DNA of 64,000 nt from a virus. Lineage: Duplodnaviria > Caudoviricetes. The DNA is taken from the IMG/VR virus record IMGVR_UViG_2645727714_000001, positions 26,034 through 90,033 of that record; one strand, given 5' to 3'. Positions 53,284 through 62,327 of the stretch are shown here, one piece after another. A program made the position numbers and the translations under genes. The notes beneath the pieces are model-generated. The model made no database searches. It was not told the DNA's origin and was given only the letters and a program-made list of their open reading frames with translations. How positions within the stretch are numbered: position 1 is the first letter of the stretch; each line of letters begins with the position of its first letter.

Positions 53284-53935
53284 TGGCCCGGCCGGAGACC
53301 TGGTACCACTCCTCTACTGTCACCGCTGGCGGGGCCTGTGGGAACTCGAAGACCAGGCGCCGGTCGCTCTCGACAGGCTCGGGCTCCTGTCCATCCACTG
53401 CCACCCGCTGAGCTGACCCCGGCCGCCAGGCCATCGCCCCATCCACGTCCAGCAGTGCCTGCACGGTGGCGGACGGCAGGGAGCCGCGGTCCAGGGCGTC
53501 GAACAGGTCGTCCGCGCTGGGCAGTGCGGGCAGCAGGCCCTCCGTTAGCGCGGTCCAGATCCCCACGGGGATCTCGGTGGCGGGGTCGACCCCACGCTCG
53601 GCACACCGAGCCTCGATCTCGCGGCGGAGTCGGGCCGGCAGCTCCTCCAGCGGGGTGGGTTCCTCGCCGTGCACCGCCACCCGCAGGGCGGACCGGGGAG
53701 TCCACTCCATGCGCTTGCTCCACTTGGACAGGCCCGTCAGCAGGGCGGGTCGCCCGTCGCGGAGGCTGTAGAGAGTCGAGCTGGTCCCTCCGGCGCCGGC
53801 CAGCCACCCGCGCTGAATGCGCCGGTGCTCCACGGCCTCGTACAGGGCTTGCGACTGATCCGGCGTCGTGACCGCGCGCCCGCGCCCGTCGACGGGCGTC
53901 GGGCCCGGCTCGTCGTGTCCCACTGCCATGGTCAC
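53186..53935 (-). CDS. putative immunity repressor with internal duplication
   Basis: AVEHRR..RG....GGTS.STL...W.P.SA.RVAV.G.EP.P.E twice; divergent from a Cro-like HTH. Confidence 0.6.
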   Translation of the reverse strand: MTMAVGHDEPGPTPVDGRGRAVTTPDQSQALYEAVEHRRIQRGWLAGAGGTSSTLYSLRDGRPALLTGLSKWSKRMEWTPRSALRVAVHGEEPTPLEELPARLRREIEARCAERGVDPATEIPVGIWTALTEGLLPALPSADDLFDALDRGSLPSATVQALLDVDGAMAWRPGSAQRVAVDGQEPEPVESDRRLVFEFPQAPPAVTVEEWYQVSGRATTVAPQMSPEDRGRLAAVVEEMLRDWERRQGG

Positions 53936-54061
53936 AGCATCCCATCCCGCCTCGACAGTCGGCCGTGCAACACCGTCATCTTCCCGGACATCGCGTCACA
54001 CCTCGGAACGTGACGCGCTCGTCGCTGTGTGAAGAGAGACTCGCTGCGATTCGCCCGCGGT

Positions 54062-54097
54062 TCTCTCTGTCTCTCTCTTCTAACTGACGTAGACTGC
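54062..54097 (+). promoter_or_regulatory. rightward early promoter/operator (PR-like)
   Basis: inverted copy of 52521-52556; TAGACT -10-like hexamer. Confidence 0.75.
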
Positions 54098-54137
54098 CGA
54101 TGACTGGCGGTGCGACGGTGATGGGAGGAGATATGCG

Positions 54138-54413
54138 GTGATCGGAAGAGGGAAGCGCCCGAGTCCTGCCGGCCCCGATGGGCTGGACGGACTCTTCGGG
54201 CGGATCGACGCGCTTGCGGACGGAGCGGTGCTGACCGCCCCACAGGTGGCGGAGATCTTCGGTGTCAGGGACCGGACAGTAACCGCCTGGGCACGCGATG
54301 GCCAGCTCGCCGGGCTGTTCCACAGTCGCCGCGTCGGCTGGCGCTTCACCCCGGCGGACCTGCGGACGTTCGCGAAGCGCCACTACCACCAGGCCGCGCC
54401 CGCGGCTGCATGA
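54138..54413 (+). CDS. MerR/Xis-like (HTH_17) protein in the Cro position
   Basis: LTAPQVAEIFGVRDRTVTAWARDGQL...GWRF. Confidence 0.8.
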   Translation: MIGRGKRPSPAGPDGLDGLFGRIDALADGAVLTAPQVAEIFGVRDRTVTAWARDGQLAGLFHSRRVGWRFTPADLRTFAKRHYHQAAPAAA

Positions 54414-54464
54414 CAGCGGCCGGGCGCGGGGGGTGACCAACCCGTACCCCGCAACCCGGCCGAG

Positions 54465-54704
54465 ATGTCTCACCTGAGAGGGAAGACCTTGACCAAGCAT
54501 TACACAGTGGCGCTCGCCCGAGAGCGCACCACCCGCGCCACCGAGTACGCCACCTGGGAGGGGAAGGCTGACGACCCCGCGCACGCCCAGGACCTGGCCG
54601 AGCACGCCAACCTCGCATGGGCATCGGGCGAGGACAAGATCGTCGAGGTTGGCCCCGCGCGGGCGATCGGCATCGGCGTCATCACCGAGCTGGCGGAGGC
54701 CTGA
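54465..54704 (+). CDS. hypothetical protein
   Basis: TGATG coupling to the next gene. Confidence 0.5.
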   Translation: MSHLRGKTLTKHYTVALARERTTRATEYATWEGKADDPAHAQDLAEHANLAWASGEDKIVEVGPARAIGIGVITELAEA

Positions 54705-55039
54705 TGACCGACCTCGCCAGGCGTATCGACGTCGCCGAGACGCTCTTCACCCACTGCACCGAGGCTGCCGCCCGAGCCGCAGGGAACCTCGCCGAACTCC
54801 TCACCGCGCGCGTCACCCTCGCCGTGCGCGACGCCTGGCCGCAGGCCACCGATGTCACGGTGGACTCCGACCACAACCTGCACGGCGTGTACGCCGAGGA
54901 CGAGAAGCTGGCCGACGACTGGCACCACCAGTTCGAGGGCGTCGCCGAGCAGGTCCGCGACGACCTGCTCCTCCTCGGCCAGACCGGCCAGTTCGCCGAG
55001 GACAACCGCGTCGTGAACCTCGGTGAGGCGGCCTCCTGA
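54704..55039 (+). CDS. hypothetical protein
   Basis: GGAGG RBS, coupled. Confidence 0.55.
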   Translation: MTDLARRIDVAETLFTHCTEAAARAAGNLAELLTARVTLAVRDAWPQATDVTVDSDHNLHGVYAEDEKLADDWHHQFEGVAEQVRDDLLLLGQTGQFAEDNRVVNLGEAAS

Positions 55040-55467
55040 TGTACGGACCGAGCTACTGGGCGGCCGGCATCACGGTCGGCGCCGACGAGCGCGCTGATGG
55101 AACTGTCCGCTGGGGCGCCTCTCTGGAGTTCCAGGACGACGGATTCGTTGACGCCGATGACCTGGACGCCGGCCAGGTCTCCACGGTGGGACGCCTCGGC
55201 ACTCGCTACTTCCTTGACAGCACCGAGGCCACCGACGGCCTCACCGCCGCGATCGACACGATCAAGGCCGACGCCGACCGGCTCGGCATCAAGTTCCGCT
55301 CGTCCCCGCATGGCGCTCCGCTGATCCACGTCAGGGGCGATGGCGAGTACGCCGACGAATGGCTCCCCGAGAACTGGCGCGGACGGCTCGCCGCGCAGGC
55401 CCGGCGGCTCGGGTGGCGCACCTACGGCGACCCCACCGGACAGAGCCGTGAGTGGGGTATCCGATGA
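55039..55467 (+). CDS. hypothetical protein
   Basis: coupled ORF. Confidence 0.6.
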   Translation: MYGPSYWAAGITVGADERADGTVRWGASLEFQDDGFVDADDLDAGQVSTVGRLGTRYFLDSTEATDGLTAAIDTIKADADRLGIKFRSSPHGAPLIHVRGDGEYADEWLPENWRGRLAAQARRLGWRTYGDPTGQSREWGIR

Positions 55468-55733
55468 CCACCTGGCGCTACAGCAAGATGCCGGCCGGCC
55501 AGCCCGTCGACGCTCGCGTCAACACGCTGTTCAATCTGGCGCGGATCGGCGACCTGTTCGAGCGACCCGCCGAGACCGCCGACGCCCGGCTGTGGGTCGT
55601 CACCCGCGATCCGGAGGCCGGCAGGCTCATCCTCCAGGTCGAACCGAAGCGCAACGGCATAAGAGTGGTCGACCTCCACGAGGTGCCGGCCGACATCATC
55701 CCGTTGCGTCGCGGGGGTGGTAGCCGTGGCTGA
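55464..55733 (+). CDS. hypothetical protein
   Basis: ATGA overlap. Confidence 0.5.
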   Translation: MTTWRYSKMPAGQPVDARVNTLFNLARIGDLFERPAETADARLWVVTRDPEAGRLILQVEPKRNGIRVVDLHEVPADIIPLRRGGGSRG

Positions 55734-56040
55734 CTCCTCCGCCCGAGCCGAGCGCCTCGTCGCGCTGCTGCACCACCGCCATCCGGACCGGGCCGCCGCG
55801 CTGGACCCACGAGGCATCCGCGCCGGCACCGCGAGCGACCCGGTGGGCCAGATCTATGGCCCTGCCGACCAGGCCGGCTACGACCGCGCCCTCCACGACC
55901 TCGGCATCCACACCGACCCGAGCGTCTACGGGCTGACGGCCCGCCACTCCACCGACACCCCGGACGGACTCGATAGAGCGTTGAGCGGGGCCGTCGAGGA
56001 CTTCCTGGCCCAGGGGCACCTGGAGGACTTCCATGACTGA
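55726..56040 (+). CDS. hypothetical protein
   Basis: overlapping ORF. Confidence 0.5.
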   Translation: MADSSARAERLVALLHHRHPDRAAALDPRGIRAGTASDPVGQIYGPADQAGYDRALHDLGIHTDPSVYGLTARHSTDTPDGLDRALSGAVEDFLAQGHLEDFHD

Positions 56041-56299
56041 TCAGTTCAACTTCGGAGAGCACCCACATCGTTACGGGATCGCCCGGCGTGGTCACGACGA
56101 CAGTTGGGCCGTCCTGAACGGCGGTACCGGTTGGGACACCGCCGAGGTCCTCAACCGCGACGGGCAGTGGGAGTGGGAACCTCGGCCGTCCGAGCGGACC
56201 GAGGACTTCGTCGCCCGCACCCGATTCCCGTTCGACGAGGCCAAGGCCCTCGTGGACGAACTGCTGGAGGATGACAGCAGCCAGGGCGGCAAGATATGA
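56033..56299 (+). CDS. conserved phage hypothetical protein
   Basis: WAV...LNRDGQWEWEPRPSERTEDF.ARTRF...EA. Confidence 0.65.
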   Translation: MTDQFNFGEHPHRYGIARRGHDDSWAVLNGGTGWDTAEVLNRDGQWEWEPRPSERTEDFVARTRFPFDEAKALVDELLEDDSSQGGKI

Positions 56300-56664
56300 G
56301 CGCCGCGCCGACCCGTCCCCACCTGGGCGAGATCGAGCACCGCCTGCTCGCCGGGCAGGCCACCACCGACGACGTGATCGACCTGATCGCCGAGGTGCGG
56401 CGGCTGCGCGGCGTCGAGGACTTCGCGGCCGGGATGCTGTTCGACTCGGTGGTCACCTTCGAGGGCTCCACCATGTCCCCCCTGGACCTGCTGGAGCAGT
56501 ACAACCCGCACCTGCGCCGCCGCTTGGCTGATCTGCGCCGGGCCGCCGCGTACACGCCGGAGCACGTGGACACCGCGCTCGCGCTGGTCCGCGCCAGCCG
56601 CGAGCCCGAGCCGGCGCGGACGGGCATCGCGCGCCGGTGGCGCCGGGGGGCTGGCCGTGACTGA
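56296..56664 (+). CDS. hypothetical protein
   Basis: ATGA overlap. Confidence 0.55.
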   Translation: MSAAPTRPHLGEIEHRLLAGQATTDDVIDLIAEVRRLRGVEDFAAGMLFDSVVTFEGSTMSPLDLLEQYNPHLRRRLADLRRAAAYTPEHVDTALALVRASREPEPARTGIARRWRRGAGRD

Positions 56665-56941
56665 CTTGACTCGGGTCGCACACCTCGCACTCGATGACGC
56701 GGTTGTCGCTGCGGAGCGCGTCCAGCGCGCCTACGAAGGCAAGGCCTGGGGCCGGGGTTCGGCGCCAGACCGCCACGACTCGCAAGTCCTCTTCGCGCTG
56801 ACGTGCCGCGACCTCGTCGCGTCCATCGACGCACTCCCGCCACACGAGCAGCCCGTCGGCTGGCAGATCGACTGGGAGACTGCCGCCCACTCCGACGCGT
56901 ACGGCGACGGAGTCTCCCCACGCGGCAGGGAGGTGCCGTGA
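56657..56941 (+). CDS. hypothetical protein, paralog of 58402-58659
   Basis: ALDD...RDLV..IDALPP.EQP.GW. Confidence 0.6.
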   Translation: MTDLTRVAHLALDDAVVAAERVQRAYEGKAWGRGSAPDRHDSQVLFALTCRDLVASIDALPPHEQPVGWQIDWETAAHSDAYGDGVSPRGREVP

Positions 56942-57669
56942 CCCCGGACCTGCCCGCGCCATGGCTGGCCCGGTTCGGGGTCGTCGACACCGAGACCACC
57001 GGGGTGGACGTCGAGACCGACCGCATCGTCCAGGCCGCCTGGGTGGAGATGGGGCCGGAGGGCCCCGTGGACACCCACTCCTGGCTGATCAATCCGGGGA
57101 AGGAGATCGGTCAAGGGGCGATCGACGTCCACGGGATCACCAACGAGCGCGCCCGAGCCGAGGGGGTCGAGCCAGCCGGCGCTGTTCTCCGGGTGGCCGA
57201 GCGCATCGAGAAGTTCCGCGCCGAAAGGCTGCCGGTGGTGGCGTTCAACGCCACCTTCGACCTGACCCTGACGGACCGGGAGATGCGCCGGCACCACGGC
57301 CGCGGGCTGGACCTCACCGGCATCCGGGTGATCGACCCGATGGTGCTGGACCGGGCCTGCGATATTCACCGCAACCACGTCAAGGGCGGCAAGCGCCGGC
57401 TCGGCGAGCTGGCCCGGCACTACGACGCGCGGCAGGTCGGAGCCCACGACGCGCTCGCCGACTGCCTGACCACCGCCCGGGTGCTGTGGCGCATCGCGCA
57501 GCGGTACCGGCACCTCCGCGAGATGGACCTTGACCAGCTCGTGGCCTTTCAGACCCAGGCCAACCTCGCCTGGGCGATCAACACCGAGTTGTACCTGAGC
57601 CGTCAGGGCCGACCCGATATCGAGATCGACGGCTCCTGGCCCTACAGACCGCTAAAGGACACGGCGTGA
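56938..57669 (+). CDS. DEDDh 3'-5' exonuclease (DnaQ-like)
   Basis: DTETTG, FNATFD, HDALADC. Confidence 0.9.
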   Translation: MTPDLPAPWLARFGVVDTETTGVDVETDRIVQAAWVEMGPEGPVDTHSWLINPGKEIGQGAIDVHGITNERARAEGVEPAGAVLRVAERIEKFRAERLPVVAFNATFDLTLTDREMRRHHGRGLDLTGIRVIDPMVLDRACDIHRNHVKGGKRRLGELARHYDARQVGAHDALADCLTTARVLWRIAQRYRHLREMDLDQLVAFQTQANLAWAINTELYLSRQGRPDIEIDGSWPYRPLKDTA

Positions 57670-58079
57670 GCATCCGCCGCCTGCTGACCTCGCGCGGCCC
57701 GAGTCTCGAGCGTCAGCAGACCATCGCCATCCACGAGGCCGGGCACGCGGTGGCCGCGCGCATGCTCGGCGCCACCGACATCGCGGTCAACGTGGGCCGG
57801 CGCGCGGGCGGCTTCTCGTTCACCTTCGACGGCTCGGCCTACGACGAGGCCGTGATCCTGCTGGCGGGCCACGAGGCCGAGGTGGCGCTAACCGGCGCCG
57901 ACTCCGGCGGGGCCAGCTATGACCTGAAGCAGGCCAGGAAGGTCCTGCGTTACCAGCTCGTCCCGCTGGCCAGCGCGGGGACCACTGCGGCCGAGCTGGT
58001 ACGCGGCGCCCGGCTGGACATCGAGGCCGAGGCGGCGCGGCTGCTGGACGGCGCCCTCATCGGACGGCGGGCGGCATGA
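57666..58079 (+). CDS. HExxH metallopeptidase-like (M41/M50-like) protein
   Basis: AIHEAGHAV...LAG..AE...GASYD. Confidence 0.7.
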   Translation: MSIRRLLTSRGPSLERQQTIAIHEAGHAVAARMLGATDIAVNVGRRAGGFSFTFDGSAYDEAVILLAGHEAEVALTGADSGGASYDLKQARKVLRYQLVPLASAGTTAAELVRGARLDIEAEAARLLDGALIGRRAA

Positions 58080-58405
58080 CCACCGTGACCCGTTCCCGCG
58101 CTCGCCGCTCCCACGCGGGCGCTGACACCAGCAACCCCCTGCGCCCGAAGGCGCTCAGCTACTACCGGGACATCCGCATCCTCATGGGCAAGATCCAATG
58201 GGGCACGGACCCCGAGCGCCCCGCGGTCGTCCGTGCCCGGATCTCCGCCGCCCCGAACGCCCCCGGCGTGTCGGAGTCGGGAGTGGTCGAGCTGAAGGAC
58301 GGCGTCTGGACCTGCACCCGTCACCCGAACGAGAACGCCTGCCCCTGCCGCCTGGCCGTCCAGATGGTCACCGGGTGGGAGCACCTCGGCGGGAGGGCGG
58401 CGTGA
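58076..58405 (+). CDS. SWIM-like zinc-finger protein
   Basis: WTCT....CPCRLAV. Confidence 0.5.
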   Translation: MTTVTRSRARRSHAGADTSNPLRPKALSYYRDIRILMGKIQWGTDPERPAVVRARISAAPNAPGVSESGVVELKDGVWTCTRHPNENACPCRLAVQMVTGWEHLGGRAA

Positions 58406-58659
58406 CACATCAGCCGCCGAGCGCCCTGCGCGTGGCGCTCGATGACCTCTACGTGGCTGGTTACGAAGTCGGTCGCGCACGGCGCGGCGAGGAGAACCCG
58501 CGACTGGGCCGGGTGCGGAGCCTGGCCGAGACCCAACTGGAACTCGCGCTCGACGCGCGTGACCTCGTCCGGATCGTCGACGCGCTGCCGCCGGACGAGC
58601 GGCCTTTCGGGTGGGACGTCCCTGACTTCCCGCCTGGCATCGAGAGCGAGCGGTCCTGA
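58402..58659 (+). CDS. hypothetical protein, paralog of 56657-56941
   Basis: ALDD...RDLVRIVDALPPDERPFGW. Confidence 0.6.
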   Translation: MTHQPPSALRVALDDLYVAGYEVGRARRGEENPRLGRVRSLAETQLELALDARDLVRIVDALPPDERPFGWDVPDFPPGIESERS

Positions 58660-58853
58660 TGCGCCCCGGTGGCCATTACGACCGCACGTCCTACAGGGAC
58701 TCCCGCCCCGGCCGGCATGCCACCAGGGCCACGGTGCTCGCCGACGCCCTGGGCGAGGCTGCTGACGAGATCGACGACCTCCCGGCTGCGGACCAATCCC
58801 TCGGCGCATTCGCCATCCCCCACGAGCTGGACGGAGCACCCGATGAGCGGTAG
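58659..58853 (+). CDS. hypothetical protein
   Basis: TGATG coupling. Confidence 0.45.
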   Translation: MRPGGHYDRTSYRDSRPGRHATRATVLADALGEAADEIDDLPAADQSLGAFAIPHELDGAPDER

Positions 58854-59343
58854 CGAGGTCATGACCCCCACGATCCGGTTCAAGCCGGGCACCAGCCAGG
58901 CCGGAGCGACCGGCTACGACGTCCCGAAGAGCACCCTGGACCCGCGTTATGCCGCCTGCTCGGATCACCACGTTGCCTGTGACTGCCGGGAGGCCGAGCA
59001 CGCGGAGACCGTCGCGGAGCTGATCGCCGAGTTGCAGGAGTACCGCAGGGTGTTCGAGGCGCTCTGGCTGGCAGCTCCCCATCAGGTGCTCAGGCAGGCC
59101 CAGATCGCCTGGACGGTGGCGCAGAACGGGAGCTATCCGCTGGCGCCGCGGTGGGCCCGGCAGGCTCGGGAAGGCGGCCACGACGCCCGGCAGGTGGGGC
59201 TACTGCGCATGGTCCACGACAAGAATCTCTCGCTCCAGGACGTACGCGAACTTGCTCACACCCTCCTGGGATTCGAGCCGGGCGAGGAAGGGACGCCACG
59301 GCTGAATGTCAGCGAGGAGATGGCTGCGGAGCCCCCGTTCTGA
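58843..59343 (+). CDS. hypothetical protein
   Basis: ACSDHHVACDCREAE. Confidence 0.55.
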   Translation: MSGSEVMTPTIRFKPGTSQAGATGYDVPKSTLDPRYAACSDHHVACDCREAEHAETVAELIAELQEYRRVFEALWLAAPHQVLRQAQIAWTVAQNGSYPLAPRWARQAREGGHDARQVGLLRMVHDKNLSLQDVRELAHTLLGFEPGEEGTPRLNVSEEMAAEPPF

Positions 59344-60398
59344 TGGGCGGTCGACGTAGCGACGAGCGCTGGTACAGGGCGTTCTGGGACTCAGGGCTCC
59401 TGCTGCCCTCGGTCACCACGATCATTGGCAGCGTCAGCGCCAAGGGCGGCATCCCGTACTGGCACGGCACCGAGGCCGCGCGGTACGCGGTCGAGCGCCA
59501 CGACGAGATCGCCGACCTGATCGCGCAGGGCGAGGAGAAGCGAGCCATCGCGCTGATCGCCGGGGCGCCGCGGCGCATCACGGCCGAGGCCTCCGAACTG
59601 GGCAAGCTGTTCCACCGAGTGGCCGACGCCAAGATCCGCAACCGGAACCTGCCCCTCACTGAGGATGAGGCCGAGGCGGTGGCCCCGTTCGAGGCCACGC
59701 TCGATCGGTTCATCGAGGAGATGCAGCCGACCTACCGCTGGACGGAGGCCACTCTCTACAACCGGCGCCTGCTCTACGCGGGCACCGGGGACTGCGGCCT
59801 GGAGCTCGGGGTGTCGCTCCCGGTGGTGATGCGCCGCAGGCTGGTTCACACCTTTCCGCCCGGCGAGCTGCTGATCGGGGACTACAAGAGCGGCAACGCC
59901 GTGTACGACGAGACCGGCGCGCAGCTCACCGGCTACGCCTCGTGCAGCCACATGAGTCTGCGTGACGCCACCAACACCATCGTCGAGATGCCCCGGGTGG
60001 CCGGCGGGGTGGTCATCCACATCCGCCCGGACGGCTACCGGGCCCACGGGGTGCTGATCACCCCGGAGATGCGCGCAGGGTGGGAGTACGCCCGGCGCTG
60101 GTTCGAGGTCCAGCGTGAAGTGGTGTCGGGCTCCGTCGGCCTAGGCGTGCGCGCAGGCGGCTTCCGCGTAGACGACTTCACCTCGATCGACATTCGGGTG
60201 CGTAACGCACTGGCCCTACGCGGCGTGTCCACGCTCGCGGACCTGGAGGCATTCGGCCCGGAGAAGCTCCTGGCCATCAAGCACGCCGGACCCGCCACGG
60301 TGGGAACCGCGCGGGAAATCCTGGCCATCGAGGGCAGGGAATGGCCCCTCGGGCCGGACGAGACCACGGAAACCACCCAGGAGAGGGGGGCCGCGTAA
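59343..60398 (+). CDS. Cas4/RecB-like PD-(D/E)xK exonuclease with C-terminal RNAP alpha-CTD-like domain
   Basis: PSVTTII, G..FH, E, YAGTGD, DYKSG, QL.GY; C-terminal IRVRNAL..RGV.TL.DL......LLAIKHAGPATV. Confidence 0.75.
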   Translation: MGGRRSDERWYRAFWDSGLLLPSVTTIIGSVSAKGGIPYWHGTEAARYAVERHDEIADLIAQGEEKRAIALIAGAPRRITAEASELGKLFHRVADAKIRNRNLPLTEDEAEAVAPFEATLDRFIEEMQPTYRWTEATLYNRRLLYAGTGDCGLELGVSLPVVMRRRLVHTFPPGELLIGDYKSGNAVYDETGAQLTGYASCSHMSLRDATNTIVEMPRVAGGVVIHIRPDGYRAHGVLITPEMRAGWEYARRWFEVQREVVSGSVGLGVRAGGFRVDDFTSIDIRVRNALALRGVSTLADLEAFGPEKLLAIKHAGPATVGTAREILAIEGREWPLGPDETTETTQERGAA

Positions 60399-61642
60399 TG
60401 GCGATCCTGTTGCCGGAGATTCTGAACATGCAGCAGCGAGGCGTGCTGGAAGGTCAGCTCCGTATTGGTACATCCAAGCCCGGGAAGAATGGCGGGAAGC
60501 AGCCCGTCAAGCTCAAGACCTGGCGCATTACCTCTCCCTCCAAGAAGTCCGTCGAGGCCGCCGCAGCGAAGTTCGGCGGAGAGGTGGTCCGGTGGGATGC
60601 TGACCAGGGCCTCCAGTGGGAGGTGATCACGCCGCTGGAGGCGCTGCCGGTGGACTTCGGCGGGGTCAGCGGCGCGGTGGACCAGTGGATGACCCACTTC
60701 GACCAGGGCATCCTGATGCGCCGCTGCACCGGGGGCGAGGGTGCGGTCAACGAGGTCTCCAGGCGTCCCTGCGAGTGCCAGGCGGCGGACCGCCTGCTGT
60801 GCAAGCCGGAGACGCAACTGCTGGTGCGGTTCCTGGACCTGCGCGGCATCGGGTGGTGGCGCTTCACCTCGCGCGGCAAGTTCGTGGCCGCAGGCTTCCC
60901 CGTCAAAGCCAACTGGCTGCGTAACGCGGCGGCCGAGCTGCGCAAGCGTGCCGAGAAGGAAGGAAAGGGCGGGGACTGGTTCCTGCCCGCGAAGTTGGTG
61001 ATCCGGGAGATGAAGCTGCCACCCAAGACGCCCGGCGGCCCGGGGCGGCGCTTCCCGGTGGTGGACATCGACATCGATGCGTCGGTTCTCCAGATCATGA
61101 TGGGGGAGGGCGGCGGCACCATCCAGGAGCTTGCCGCCGTGCGCCAGCAGGAGCGTCTCGCTCTCACCGCCGGCACCAGCGCGGGTCCGGCCGCACTACC
61201 CGCCGGCTCCGGCGGGGCCGCGTCGGTCCTGGCCTCGGCTCCGGCCAACGCGGTGCCCGAGCAGCAGGCCGCGCCCCTCCCGCCGCGCCAGGTCAGCCGA
61301 CCCGCACAGCAGGCTCGGCCGGCGGCACCCCCGGCGGATGACGCCGAGCGGGCCCGGCAGGCCGCGGAGTGGGCGCGGCGCCCCGACATCACACGCCAGA
61401 AGGTCCTGGACTTCCTGGAGAAGAACAAGGCCAACCCGGCGATGGACGAGTTCCTGCCGAGCGAAGGTGACGAGCCGGCCAGCACGCTGCGGGACTTCCT
61501 GGGCGACCGACTCCAGGAGCTGAGCGAGGGCGTCAAGGAGCGCCCGGACGGCTGGGACGAGGAGTTGGGCATGGCCGTCCCGGTGGACGCGGGCGTGTCG
61601 CCGGAGGAGATGGAACAACTGGCCGCGCAGGCCTCGCCGTGA
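60398..61642 (+). CDS. Gp3-like (recombination directionality factor-like) protein
   Basis: G.LRIG...P.KL.TWR.TS...RRC.G...PC.C....CKP.T.L. Confidence 0.7.
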   Translation: MAILLPEILNMQQRGVLEGQLRIGTSKPGKNGGKQPVKLKTWRITSPSKKSVEAAAAKFGGEVVRWDADQGLQWEVITPLEALPVDFGGVSGAVDQWMTHFDQGILMRRCTGGEGAVNEVSRRPCECQAADRLLCKPETQLLVRFLDLRGIGWWRFTSRGKFVAAGFPVKANWLRNAAAELRKRAEKEGKGGDWFLPAKLVIREMKLPPKTPGGPGRRFPVVDIDIDASVLQIMMGEGGGTIQELAAVRQQERLALTAGTSAGPAALPAGSGGAASVLASAPANAVPEQQAAPLPPRQVSRPAQQARPAAPPADDAERARQAAEWARRPDITRQKVLDFLEKNKANPAMDEFLPSEGDEPASTLRDFLGDRLQELSEGVKERPDGWDEELGMAVPVDAGVSPEEMEQLAAQASP

Positions 61643-62172
61643 CCAGCGAGACCGTGGACAGCCCGGCGTGCGCGAGTCACGTCGAGCTGTACGACCAGAT
61701 CACCGATCTGGGCGACCAGTCGCCGATGACCCTGCTAACCCGGGCGCGGCACGTCTGCGACGGCTGCCCGGCTGCGCTGGACTGCCTCGCCGGCGCGGTG
61801 GACCGAGGGGAGCAGTGGGGCATGTGGGGCGGCGTGGTAATGACCCCGCCCGCCGAGCCCACGCTGGACCAGCGGCTCGGGCTGCGTACCGGACTGGAGA
61901 TCGGGGACTTGGTGGAGGCAGTGGTCTCGGGCGAGCTGATCCGCCGTCACGAGGACCGGCGCGCCGCCTTGGCTCGGCTCTACCAGGAGGTGGAGATCGT
62001 GTCCCGGCGGCCGGAGTTCGCCTCCGTGGAGCACCCGCAGGCACCGATGATGGCGGCCCGTCGGCACCACGGCGTGTCAGACCCGCTCTGGCTGGCCACG
62101 GTGCGTGCCCGCGCTGTGGCCGCGGCAGGGTCGGCCGGGGCCCACGACGACGAGTTCGCCGCGGCGTCATGA
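61639..62172 (+). CDS. whiB: WhiB-family Fe-S transcription factor
   Basis: C...CDGCP...C...EQWGMWGG. Confidence 0.85.
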   Translation: MTSETVDSPACASHVELYDQITDLGDQSPMTLLTRARHVCDGCPAALDCLAGAVDRGEQWGMWGGVVMTPPAEPTLDQRLGLRTGLEIGDLVEAVVSGELIRRHEDRRAALARLYQEVEIVSRRPEFASVEHPQAPMMAARRHHGVSDPLWLATVRARAVAAAGSAGAHDDEFAAAS

Positions 62173-62327
62173 CCGAGCCCGAGCAGTGGGCGCTGGACTG
62201 GGCCGAGGACGGGACCGTGCTCGCGCGGACCGTCCCGGCCCGGCCGGACGGCCCCGAGCCCATCCCCCTCGTGGAGGCGCTGGGCGAGCTGTGTGACCAC
62301 CTGGATACGACAGGAGCGGAGAACTGA
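62169..62327 (+). CDS. hypothetical small protein
   Basis: ATGA and TGATG couplings. Confidence 0.5.
   Translation: MTEPEQWALDWAEDGTVLARTVPARPDGPEPIPLVEALGELCDHLDTTGAEN

Noticed and set aside
59343-60398. Cas4 as evidence of a CRISPR-Cas system
   Set aside because: Solo Cas4/RecB-like exonucleases are common in actinophage recombination modules; no array or other cas genes seen
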